Assembly (NCBI GenBank): GCA_947481595.1
Contig: CANKHC010000001.1
Coordinates: forward strand, 1 to 48,005
DNA length: 48,005 nucleotides
Reading direction: 5' to 3'
Origin: Fidelibacterota bacterium
Lineage (GTDB): Bacteria; Pseudomonadota; Alphaproteobacteria; Rhodospirillales; Rhodospirillaceae
Below are positions 8,023 to 16,630 of the stretch, one piece after another. The notes below the pieces were generated by a model. That model saw only the letters and a program-made list of their open reading frames with translations. It searched no databases and was not told where the DNA came from. Position 1 is the stretch's first letter. Every line of letters starts with the position of its first letter. Both the position numbers and the translations under genes were made by a program.

Positions 8023-9270
8023 ATGACACCCCCATCTTTCGGGCGCGCCGGCAGCGCTGATTTGCCCCTTCACGGCGGCTTTGTCCCCAAGTGGCTGGCC
8101 GAGCGCATGGCCAGGCTGGGCGGGGTCATGACCCAGGCCATCATCCACCACTACGGCCGCGACGAGTTCCTGCGCCGGCTTTCCCACCCCTTCTGGTTCC
8201 AGTCCTTCGGCGCCGTCATGGGCATGGACTGGCACTCCTCGGGCATCACCACATCCGTCATCGGCGCGCTCAAACGCGGACTGGCGCCGCTCAAGGACGA
8301 ACTCGGCCTGCATGTCTGCGGCGGGCGCGGCAGTCATTCGCGCAGCACGCCGGCTGAACTCATCACCCTCGGCGAGCGCAAGGGCCTCGACGGCGCCGGC
8401 CTCGCGCGCACCAGCCGCTTGGTGGCCAAAGTCGACAGCGCCGCCGTGCAGGACGGCTTCCAGCTTTATATCCACGGCTTCATCGTCACCGATGACGGTA
8501 AATGGTGTGTCGTCCAGCAGGGCATGAACGCCGACGCGCGCCAGGCGCGGCGCTATCACTGGCTCAGCGAAGGCATCCGCGATTTTGTTGATCAGCCGCA
8601 CCAAGCCATCGAAGGCCGCGCGGGTGCCGACATCCTCAACCTCACCGATGCCCGCGCGGCCGTCTCGCGCGCGCGGCAATTGGAACTGCTTACCAGCGAA
8701 GGCCCCGACCGCATCGTTGCCGAGATCGCACTGATCGATAAACACGGCGCCCAGCAGCCGACCCTGCCGCACCTCATGCTGCCCGATCATCACGACGTGC
8801 ATGCGGGCGACGTGGTGCTGCGCCGCCTGCACGCCAACCTTGCTGCTGCGGCGGAGCAAGGCCCAAAAGATTTCGCCGATCTTCTGCTGGTGCCCGGCGT
8901 GGGCCCGCGCACGGTGCGTGCGTTGTCGCTCGTCACCGAAGTGCTGCACGGCGCCCCCTGCCGCTTCTCCGATCCCGCGCGCTTCTCACTGGCGCATGGC
9001 GGCAAGGACGGCCATCCGTACCCCGTGCCGGTGAAGATCATGGACGAAACCATCCGCGTGTTGAAGACCGCCGTGCGCAAAGCCAAACTCGGGCGCGAAG
9101 AAGTCCTGGCCGCGCTAAAACGTCTCGACGATCAGGCCCGCGCCCTCGAAGCGCACGCCAGCGGCCCATCGTTCGAAGCTTTCATCGCCACGGAGCGCGC
9201 GCAATCACATCTTTATGGTGGACGGACGGTAACGGGATGGGCCGCGCCGCCCTTAGCCCGCAGCGCTTAA
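8023..9270 (+). CDS. DUF763-family protein with a C-terminal helix-hairpin-helix-like motif
   Basis: GSADLPLHGGFVPKWLAERMARLG...FWFQSFGAVMGMDWHSSGITTSV is the conserved DUF763 N-terminus as I recall it. LLLVPGVGPRTVRAL (about 8881-8925) is HhH-like. The start was moved to the ATG at 8023 (MTPPSFGR...). Confidence 0.8.
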   Translation: MTPPSFGRAGSADLPLHGGFVPKWLAERMARLGGVMTQAIIHHYGRDEFLRRLSHPFWFQSFGAVMGMDWHSSGITTSVIGALKRGLAPLKDELGLHVCGGRGSHSRSTPAELITLGERKGLDGAGLARTSRLVAKVDSAAVQDGFQLYIHGFIVTDDGKWCVVQQGMNADARQARRYHWLSEGIRDFVDQPHQAIEGRAGADILNLTDARAAVSRARQLELLTSEGPDRIVAEIALIDKHGAQQPTLPHLMLPDHHDVHAGDVVLRRLHANLAAAAEQGPKDFADLLLVPGVGPRTVRALSLVTEVLHGAPCRFSDPARFSLAHGGKDGHPYPVPVKIMDETIRVLKTAVRKAKLGREEVLAALKRLDDQARALEAHASGPSFEAFIATERAQSHLYGGRTVTGWAAPPLARSA

Positions 9271-10470
9271 CGCCGCATCCGACGTCATCAAGTGATGCAG
9301 GGCCGGCCCAAAGCGCAAAGGATCGAACAGCGCTGCCCAGGGATTGTCGCGGCCTTCGATCATGTCGCGGATGATCATGGCGCCCACTGTCGCATGGGTG
9401 AATCCGACACCGCTGTCGCCGTCCACGATATAGACATTCGAGTCCGGCGCACTGCGTCCCAACAGACCAAGGTTGTCGCGGGTTTCCTTCAGGCCGCCGA
9501 TCCAGCGCGCACGCATCTCGCCTACCAGCGGAAACCGCGCCCGCGTCCATGACTCCAGGCGCGCGAAGCGCCGCTCGGCATCGGCCGGCGCGCCTGTATC
9601 TTGGTCCTCACCGCCGACAATCAGCACATCGCGTTCCGTGCCCGGTGTGATCCGCACATAGTGATAAGGTTCGTCGAGGTCCCAGCTCACGGCGTCTTCG
9701 GCGCTGCCCTTGGGAATCTCCCCGGCGATCACATAGCTGCGCACACTGCGCTCCACATTGGCGGCGGGCGCGAAACCTAGTCCCGATCGCGTTGCCAGGA
9801 TCACCGCTTTGCGGGCGTGGATGCGCTGTCCACCTTTGCTCGTCAGCGTGACGCCGGCGTCGTCTTCATGGGCGTGTGCGATTTCCGCCGCGTGAAACAT
9901 GCCGCCGTCGCGCGCGATGCAGGCCGCAAGGCCCTGGGTATATTTCACCGGATCCAGCCGCGCCTGGCCGGGAAAGCGCAAGGCGACACCGTCGATCACG
10001 CGCGGGAAGGGGGCTCCCGCCCACTCGACGCCGGTGAGGCCCGCCTGACAGGCCGCGGCTTTCTCAGCAGCCAACACACCTACGTCACTGCGCGTGCCCA
10101 CCAGATAGCCGTCGATCTCGGCATAATCGCAGGTGATGCTTTCATCGGCTTGCGTGCGCCCGATCAGATCCAGCGCCGCGAGATAGGCGCGCGCCACCAG
10201 CCGCGTCTTGGCCGGGCCCAGCGTCTTGACCAAATTGCGCCAGCCCTCATCCACCGCCGTCGCAATATGCGCCGTCGAGCGCGCGGTCATGCCGCCGCCG
10301 GCACCTTTTTTATCGATCACATGCACATGATAGCCGCAGCGCGTGAGCAGATAGGCGCTGGTCAGGCCGGCCACCCCGGCGCCCACCACGGCGATCTCAG
10401 CCGTAAGGTCGCCCGTCAGCGCCGGGAAAACTGATGCCGCCTGGTCCTGCCAAAGAGGAGTGTTGTCCAT
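9253..10470 (-). CDS. FAD-dependent oxidoreductase (DAO/GMC-like Rossmann N-terminus)
   Basis: AEIAVVGAGVAGLTSAYLLTRCGYHVHVIDKK is the GxGxxG-x17-D dinucleotide-binding fold. 405 aa. Its 3' end overlaps the convergent DUF763 gene by 18 nt. Confidence 0.85.
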   Translation of the reverse strand: MDNTPLWQDQAASVFPALTGDLTAEIAVVGAGVAGLTSAYLLTRCGYHVHVIDKKGAGGGMTARSTAHIATAVDEGWRNLVKTLGPAKTRLVARAYLAALDLIGRTQADESITCDYAEIDGYLVGTRSDVGVLAAEKAAACQAGLTGVEWAGAPFPRVIDGVALRFPGQARLDPVKYTQGLAACIARDGGMFHAAEIAHAHEDDAGVTLTSKGGQRIHARKAVILATRSGLGFAPAANVERSVRSYVIAGEIPKGSAEDAVSWDLDEPYHYVRITPGTERDVLIVGGEDQDTGAPADAERRFARLESWTRARFPLVGEMRARWIGGLKETRDNLGLLGRSAPDSNVYIVDGDSGVGFTHATVGAMIIRDMIEGRDNPWAALFDPLRFGPALHHLMTSDAALSAAG

Positions 10471-10495
10471 AAGGGCACTAACGCCGGAAGGGGCC

Positions 10496-11422
10496 CTAAG
10501 TTCGGCGCGCCTGCAACTCTGATGCGAACTTCAAGCGGTACGCCTCCTGGCAGCGCGCCGCCGCCATCAGCCGCATCACCGCACCCTCGGCCAACGATTG
10601 CGCCCGCACGGTATTCCGCCGCGCCAGCGGCGCGATCACGTCATCCAGCCAGGCCCGCGTCTCGGCCGGGTCACGCGCCGCCTGCACCGCAAAAACCTTG
10701 CGCGCCTTCGCCGGCACTTTCAAACGGGTGAGGGCGCGCATCATGGTCGGCGCGCGTTCGTCATTGAGCAGCGCGGTGATCCCCAACGCTCCGGCCGCAT
10801 GAAAAGCGTATTGGCGGTGCGCGCCCATGGCGTTGAGCAAATTCTCCTGCGCCATGGCTTCCGGGATGATGGCGCCCAGGTCGGCGCGGATGGCGAAGTG
10901 ATGCGCCAGGTGTTCGAGCATCTCGCTGTGCGTGGCCTTCTCCTCGCCGCGTCCCATTTCTTCCCAGAAGGCGCGCGCCATGGCGACCTTCACCCGCGCC
11001 GGCATGCGCACTTGGCTGAGCGCCAGCAAGTCAGGCACCGCGGCCTCTGCGCCGATCTCTTGTTGCAGCACCCAGCGTACCTGTTCGCTGTCGGCGCGTT
11101 CCGCCAACCAGTCAAAGAATGCTGCGGCCTGTTCACCTGCGCCGGACGCTACACTTTCGAACCACGCCACCAGGTCCTCAGGATCGGCAGGATTTTCAGA
11201 AAGGTATGTCTGCGCTTCCTGGCGCATCGCCTCCAGGAAGGCCACTTCCATGCGGTGAAAGCGCAAAGCATTGCCGGGCTCGAACAAGACAATACCGGGA
11301 TTGGCCGGCGTAAAGCGTTCCTGGTTAAAGCGCGCCAGGGTCTTATGAAATTCACCCTCCGAGCCGGCAAAAAACGGCTCCCCCTGTAACCTTGGGCGTG
11401 GTGCTGGTGTGAAGTGCATCAT
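10496..11422 (-). CDS. Iron-containing redox enzyme family protein (heme-oxygenase-like fold, putative di-iron)
   Basis: All-helical composition. FWEEMGRGEEKATHSEMLEHLAHHF resembles the (D/E)E.G.G....H ligand helix of the heme-oxygenase-like di-iron (HDO / Haem_oxygenas_2) group. It lies 25 nt upstream of the FAD oxidoreductase on the same strand. Confidence 0.65.
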   Translation of the reverse strand: MMHFTPAPRPRLQGEPFFAGSEGEFHKTLARFNQERFTPANPGIVLFEPGNALRFHRMEVAFLEAMRQEAQTYLSENPADPEDLVAWFESVASGAGEQAAAFFDWLAERADSEQVRWVLQQEIGAEAAVPDLLALSQVRMPARVKVAMARAFWEEMGRGEEKATHSEMLEHLAHHFAIRADLGAIIPEAMAQENLLNAMGAHRQYAFHAAGALGITALLNDERAPTMMRALTRLKVPAKARKVFAVQAARDPAETRAWLDDVIAPLARRNTVRAQSLAEGAVMRLMAAARCQEAYRLKFASELQARRT

Positions 11423-11503
11423 GGAGGACCCTGTGATGGGGCCAAAACGGCGAAGACCGCCAAGAGTTGTTGCGCGGTGCGAATATATTTCCCGCGCGGC
11501 GTC

Positions 11504-11950
11504 CTAGAAGTTAATGGTCACCGCAAGATTTTCCTGATAGCCGCCGATCCGCCCGCGCTGGCCGGCGCGGATGCAGCCATAAATCGGCACCGAGACATTG
11601 GTGTCGGGCGGCGGTGCGGCCTCGCGGTAGATCTGGCTGCCGCCGGTGCCGTCGCCCCAGACGATGCTGCAGGCCGCATCCATATACAGATTGTATTCCA
11701 ACACCTCAGCCCCCATGCGCATCGTGCGTGTAGTCAGGCTGCCGCCGCCGCCGTGATCGAGGCTGATGGAGATCGGCGTACTGATCGTGCAGCTATAGGC
11801 CACGACGCCGTTGGCGCGCGCGTCCGCCGTCGCGAAAGGATTGTAAGTGCCAAAGCGCACCGGCGTGACATCGATCCGGCATTGGTTGACGTCCACGGCC
11901 CGGGCCTCACCGCCGATCAACAGCATCATCAAGAACACTAAGGCGTGCAT
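11504..11950 (-). CDS. Spore-coat-U (SCPU) domain fimbrial subunit, distal gene of the pilus operon (possible tip subunit)
   Basis: Signal peptide MHALVFLMMLLIGGEARA. SCPU pattern: C.IDV.PV.FG.Y...A...A.G.V..SCT, L.YNLY.D, GG.Y.ENL.VTINF C-terminus. The ATG at 11948-11950 overlaps the usher stop by 13 nt. The upstream extension in the track has no signal peptide. Confidence 0.75.
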   Translation of the reverse strand: MHALVFLMMLLIGGEARAVDVNQCRIDVTPVRFGTYNPFATADARANGVVAYSCTISTPISISLDHGGGGSLTTRTMRMGAEVLEYNLYMDAACSIVWGDGTGGSQIYREAAPPPDTNVSVPIYGCIRAGQRGRIGGYQENLAVTINF

Positions 11951-14259
11951 GACACCACACCCATGTCGACAAAGCGCTCGGGCGCCTTTGGGATCTGCAT
12001 TGCAAAACGGCACGGTGTTCCCTCGAAAAGGATTTCCGCCGGCCATATGCCGGGCGGCAGGTTCTCGAGATAGAATGCGCCATCGGTGCCAATTGGCGAA
12101 GTTTGCACCGCGCCGTTCACCGTCACGGCCAACTCGCCGAAAGCCGGGACCTCTGTTTCGCCGCCGCGCAACAGCTGCGCCTTGCCCTGGAAAGCTTGCA
12201 GTTTCTTCACCGCGAACGTGACCACCGCGCCGCCGCGGTAAGACGGCGCCACCGTACGCTCGGTTTCCTCGACGGCGTAGTCCAGCGGGATGTCCTGCGG
12301 CTCGATGCCCAGCTGATTGCCGTAGTAACTCAGCAAACTCGGCACCAAGAGATTGCCGCGCGCGTCGGTCTTGCCGATGTCCTGGTGCGAAACGTAACCC
12401 GTCACCCCAGCCACATCGGGCACGCGGATCAGCCCGTAAGCGTCCTGAACCGGGCGCGTCGCATAAACATTGCCGCCAATATAGGTAAGGGCACCCGCTG
12501 CGGTGAGCGTAACATTGGTGTCGCCTTCGATGTGCGTGGCATCGACTTCGTACAACCCAAAGCGCCCCTGATACTGCACGTCGGCGATGCTCACGGCGCG
12601 GCTGCCGAACGCAGCCTGCGCCAGGTAGGCAAAGCCTTCGCCCAGTGGCCGCGACTTCTGCAGCTGCACCGCCGCCGTCGAACCGGTGTTGTCGTGACTG
12701 GCCGATACGGTCGCCGCCGTGTCGCCGAACAGTGGCATGGTCAGCGCCGCAAACACACCGCTGCTCGCACGGTTGCCTGCGGCTTTGTTGTGAGTCAGCG
12801 ACAGCGACAGATTGAAGCGGTCGAACAACCGCACGGCACTTGTCAGGTTGAGCTGACGGTTGGCACCGGCGTCGCGGTAGTCCTGCTGATAATAGTTCAG
12901 CGTCACATCGAAAACGCCAAAGCGCGTCGCCGCGAAACCGCTGTACTGATACACCGCGCGGTCATCGCCGCGGTCGAGACCCACGGTGGCGTAGTGCGGA
13001 CTGTTGTACGTGAAGGCACCGCCCACGCTGAAGCGCAGCGACTGGTAGACATACTGCGCCGACGCCGCCGCGCCCGGCGTATCACCCTGACGGCTGCCGG
13101 CGGCGAACAAGCCCAGCGCGCCAAACGGCAACGTCCACGTCACCTCCGGTCCGCCGGCGATTTTGTCTTTGGTCGCGGTGACAAACCCGCCGACGGTCAG
13201 CGTGTCCGTTAAGCCATAACGATGCCGCCCCACGAACGCCGGACCGCCGTAGTCGCCGAAACGGCTCTGCGTGAACTGCCGCTCAAAACCCGCCGTATAG
13301 CTGAAGTCGTGCAAGCCCCGCCGCAGCACGCGCGTGTCGAGGTAGTAAGGCGCCCCCAACTCCTGCGTCAGGCCGAAGGCATTGCGGATCACCACGCGCG
13401 TCGCGCCCGCGCCGGAAATCGCCGGCAGGTTCTGCAGATTGAAAGGCCCCGGCGGTATGTCGAGGCTGCGCACCAAGAGCCCGTTCACATAAACGTCCGC
13501 CGTCGACGGCGTGTTGACGACGCCGGCAAAGCGCTGCCCGGGGAAGGGCGTGAAGTAGGGATTGATCGCGAAATTCTTGGCATAGCTGATGCCGGCGATC
13601 TGGCTCGCTCCGCCCAGCACACCGCCATCTGCGATCGTGTCGCCGATCACCGTGCGCGTCAGCTTCCGCCGGCTGTCGATGGTCAGGTTGCTGTTGAGGC
13701 GCTGAAAGGCACCGTTGCGGTTGATCGAGAACGTATTGTCGAAAAATCCCGGTCCGACGCTCACACCCTGTTCGCTGAGCAGGGAAAACGTCTCGCCGTT
13801 TTCGCTGGTCAGCGCGTAGTTGAGGAATCCCGTATCGTTCCTGATGTACTCGATCTTCTCCGGCGCGTTCGCCAGGTCGATCATGGTCGGCGCCAGCAGC
13901 ACCGGATCGACCGTCAGGCTGAGGGCCAGGTTCTCCTCGTCGTAAAACACTTTCACGCGCGCGCCCAAGGCATCGCTCGCCACATACAACGCCCCGCCGA
14001 TCTCCTGCTGCGCACCGGGCACTTCAACCAGCCCCGCATCGAGCAGACTCTGCACCAGGATGAACAGCCGCTCGCTCTTGAACGTGACGCGCGCCGGGTC
14101 CTTGGCCACGCCGTTCACCGTCAGATCGAGCAAGGCCTGTGTGGCCGTCGCAGCGGTCTCCCCACCGTATACGGGGTTAACGGATATCGGCATGCAAAGC
14201 GCGCAGACGGCGCAAACGGCTATGCGCCCGAGGAAGGACTTGCGTCGCGGGAAAGTCAT
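11938..14259 (-). CDS. Fimbrial outer-membrane usher protein (CsuD-like)
   Basis: 773 aa, signal peptide, beta-rich composition. It sits between the chaperone and a pilin gene. The plug and C-terminal domain layout is typical of ushers in SCPU operons. Confidence 0.85.
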   Translation of the reverse strand: MTFPRRKSFLGRIAVCAVCALCMPISVNPVYGGETAATATQALLDLTVNGVAKDPARVTFKSERLFILVQSLLDAGLVEVPGAQQEIGGALYVASDALGARVKVFYDEENLALSLTVDPVLLAPTMIDLANAPEKIEYIRNDTGFLNYALTSENGETFSLLSEQGVSVGPGFFDNTFSINRNGAFQRLNSNLTIDSRRKLTRTVIGDTIADGGVLGGASQIAGISYAKNFAINPYFTPFPGQRFAGVVNTPSTADVYVNGLLVRSLDIPPGPFNLQNLPAISGAGATRVVIRNAFGLTQELGAPYYLDTRVLRRGLHDFSYTAGFERQFTQSRFGDYGGPAFVGRHRYGLTDTLTVGGFVTATKDKIAGGPEVTWTLPFGALGLFAAGSRQGDTPGAAASAQYVYQSLRFSVGGAFTYNSPHYATVGLDRGDDRAVYQYSGFAATRFGVFDVTLNYYQQDYRDAGANRQLNLTSAVRLFDRFNLSLSLTHNKAAGNRASSGVFAALTMPLFGDTAATVSASHDNTGSTAAVQLQKSRPLGEGFAYLAQAAFGSRAVSIADVQYQGRFGLYEVDATHIEGDTNVTLTAAGALTYIGGNVYATRPVQDAYGLIRVPDVAGVTGYVSHQDIGKTDARGNLLVPSLLSYYGNQLGIEPQDIPLDYAVEETERTVAPSYRGGAVVTFAVKKLQAFQGKAQLLRGGETEVPAFGELAVTVNGAVQTSPIGTDGAFYLENLPPGIWPAEILFEGTPCRFAMQIPKAPERFVDMGVVSCTP

Positions 14260-14289
14260 GGGTTGCGTGGGGAGGTGCCTCAGGCTGCT

Positions 14290-15087
14290 TCAAGGCTTCG
14301 GCGTCGCCGTGGTCTCCGTCTTGCGGGTATCGAGAAACACCACCGCGCCGTCGCCGCAAACACCGGCGGGCATGCTCACGCGCGCTTCGCCGACTGTAGT
14401 ATCGGTCACCGCCTTGATGGCGATCGCATCGGCTTGGCGGCAACGGGCACCACCGAGGGCCACTTCATAGCGCCGCTTTCCGCCGGCCAGCACGTACCAG
14501 CCTTTCTGCGAAACGTCGAAGGCTTGCGCACCCTTGCCGGTGCCGCTGACATCCACATGCTGCAGCACAAAGCGGCTGGTGCCGCCGTTGGCCACGGCGA
14601 AACTGAGCTTGCCGTTCTCCACCTTGGCATCTTCGATCACTACTTTGGGCGCACCGGCGCTCGCGGAGACGAAGATCGGCAAGGTCATGTTGGTGAGCAC
14701 CTGGATCTGCAGCGCGGCTTCGCCTTTGGCCGCTTGCGGCAGCTCGTTGATCACCAGGCGATAGCTTTTCTCACCACCCGACGCCGGGCGCTCCGCACCC
14801 AAGCGGATTTTCTTGATGCCGCGCGGCGGCAACTCAAGCAGCGCCGGAAAGACGATCAGGTCCTTGGTCGGCGTGAGCTCGGTGCGTCCGTCTTCGGTTT
14901 CGGTCCAGACAAAGGCGTTGATCTCGAAGCGCGCCGGCGTGTCGCTTTCGTTGGCGAGGCTGACGAGCTCCGAGGCATTGCCCGGGCGCAAATTGATGGT
15001 CGTCGGCGTCACCGACACCGGCGTGGCTGCCGCGGGTAAGCTTGAGAAGAGCAGGGCGGTCAGGAAAAGGGAAATACGCATGCGCAT
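14290..15087 (-). CDS. Periplasmic pilus chaperone (PapD/CsuC-like)
   Basis: MRMRISLFLTALLFSSLPAAATPVSVTPT.INL...FEINAFVW...LIVFPALLELPPRGIKKIRLG is the PapD-like Ig fold. ATG at 15085-15087 is preceded by GGAGGA. The 92-codon upstream extension in the track is compositionally non-coding. Confidence 0.85.
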   Translation of the reverse strand: MRMRISLFLTALLFSSLPAAATPVSVTPTTINLRPGNASELVSLANESDTPARFEINAFVWTETEDGRTELTPTKDLIVFPALLELPPRGIKKIRLGAERPASGGEKSYRLVINELPQAAKGEAALQIQVLTNMTLPIFVSASAGAPKVVIEDAKVENGKLSFAVANGGTSRFVLQHVDVSGTGKGAQAFDVSQKGWYVLAGGKRRYEVALGGARCRQADAIAIKAVTDTTVGEARVSMPAGVCGDGAVVFLDTRKTETTATPKP

Positions 15088-15224
15088 GAGCTTCCTCCAG
15101 GGAGGCTTCTCAAGTGTAAAACGGCGAATATTCATCAATGTTCCCAAGCAGGTGGCAAAGCCAAAAGAAATGGGCAGGAACCCTAGGGGTTCCTGCCCTG
15201 CAGAAAGGCTTAGAACGACACGTG

Positions 15225-15752
15225 TTAGAACGAAACCGTGATGGTGATGGTGTCGTTGTAGCTGCCGGTCGCCGGGTTCTGGCCCGCCGGGATGCGGCCG
15301 TAAGCCGTCAGCGTCACGGGCGCGCCGGTCGAGGTGATCGGCTGGGTGTTGGTGGCGTTCCACAGCGTGGCATAGCCGTTGTCGCTATAGACGTCGTAAC
15401 CCAGGTAGTTGGTGCCGTTGTTCAACGCGCGGGTCCCGGCGGAGGGAACGCGGTTGTTGTTGTTGCCCTGGTTCAGGCTGACCACGGCATTGGTGCCGTT
15501 GGAGCAGGTCACCTGGATCGAGCCGGTCGCGGTGGACGCGGCGGTCGCGGCGTAGGTACCGAAGGAGAGGTTGGCGCCGCCGACGGTGCAGACACCGCCG
15601 ATGTTCGCCGATACCGACATCGTCGCGGTCGCCGTCGCCGCCTCTGTCTTGTTCATCGGCAGAGCGGTGACGAGCAAGCCAGCTACGCCGGCCGCGGCGA
15701 GAGAAGCGCCGCTGCAACGTGCGGCATAAGCGCGAAGTGTTTCGAGTTTCAT
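15225..15752 (-). CDS. SCPU-domain major fimbrial subunit (CsuA/B-like)
   Basis: Signal peptide, then MSVSANIGGVCTVGGANLSFGTYAA...IQVTCSNGTNAVVSLNQG...YDVYSD...GSYNDTITITVSF. These are the canonical SCPU Cys pair and C-terminal strand. Confidence 0.85.
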   Translation of the reverse strand: MKLETLRAYAARCSGASLAAAGVAGLLVTALPMNKTEAATATATMSVSANIGGVCTVGGANLSFGTYAATAASTATGSIQVTCSNGTNAVVSLNQGNNNNRVPSAGTRALNNGTNYLGYDVYSDNGYATLWNATNTQPITSTGAPVTLTAYGRIPAGQNPATGSYNDTITITVSF

Positions 15753-15947
15753 TCCAGTCCCTTTCGAGTTCGTTTTGTACGTGCGAAGCGGCCGACTTTC
15801 AGTCGAGCGAAGCACGCAACGTTTATCCGTGCGTTAAGCGCGCGGACATTGAACGCGAAGTACTTAATGAAAACAAAACGGCGAACGAGAGGCAGATGTC
15901 ATGAACAGTTTGTAAGTCACGCTATGCGTGCGTGCGTGTCGCGACGA

Positions 15948-15966
15948 TGTGAAAGCGCATTTCACA
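15948..15966. promoter_or_regulatory. Perfect 7-bp inverted repeat TGTGAAA-N5-TTTCACA upstream of the major pilin gene
   Basis: Read directly from the sequence. It lies in the comparatively AT-rich 251-nt spacer between the 16004 stop and the 15752 start. It could be a transcription-factor operator or an RNA hairpin. Confidence 0.3.
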
Positions 15967-16003
15967 CGCGCAGCGTTTGCGCGCTCGGGTTGAGACCCAA
16001 GTG

Positions 16004-16471
16004 TCAGTAATCGATGACGACGCCGAGGACGTTGGGTGCGTTCGCGCCGCTGGAATTGCAAATCATCACGCTGTTGTCGCGTGCGCGCGATGCGCAAACA
16101 TCGGGGGCTTCTTCGCTGCGCGCGGCCTCATCGCCGTCGGTCCGCAGTTTGATGCGCATCGACGAGGGCCCGGTGCAGACCAACGTGACCGCCGTGCAGT
16201 TTGAAAGCGTTTCACCCGGAGGTTTTTGCGCGACCATTTTTTCGCCGCCGACATGGCGGGTTTGCTGTGCGGAACCCGTGGCGCTCTCAGGCGATGCCGC
16301 ACTGGCGGTCTTGACTTCGATGCTGCCGGCCACCGAAACATAGGCGCTGACCGTCATGATCCCGCGCACGTCGGTGGCCCACGCTTTGGAAGCAATGACC
16401 CCGCCGGCACAGATCGCTGCGGCGGCAATCCCCACCGCCGCGCAAGCGGCAAACCTTCTAGACCACCCCAT
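16004..16471 (-). CDS. Secreted hypothetical protein, possibly a divergent SCPU-like minor subunit
   Basis: Signal-like N-terminus (FAACAAVGIAAAAICAGGVIASKAWA). There is a loose SCPU pattern (NCTAVTLVCTGPSSMRIKL...GVVIDY). It heads the pilus gene array. The assignment is weak. Confidence 0.4.
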   Translation of the reverse strand: MGWSRRFAACAAVGIAAAAICAGGVIASKAWATDVRGIMTVSAYVSVAGSIEVKTASAASPESATGSAQQTRHVGGEKMVAQKPPGETLSNCTAVTLVCTGPSSMRIKLRTDGDEAARSEEAPDVCASRARDNSVMICNSSGANAPNVLGVVIDY

Positions 16472-16630
16472 ATCTTCCCCTGGGCAAAAGCCTTCTGCAT
16501 CACCCTGAATGAAGTATCGACTGTTACGTGCGTTCTTAATAGTTGATTTTGCGTTTTCCGCTCCTGCGCGAAACGGGCATAATCATTTTACACCCTAAGG
16601 GAGAGCAATGCGGCATAGGACACGCATTGA

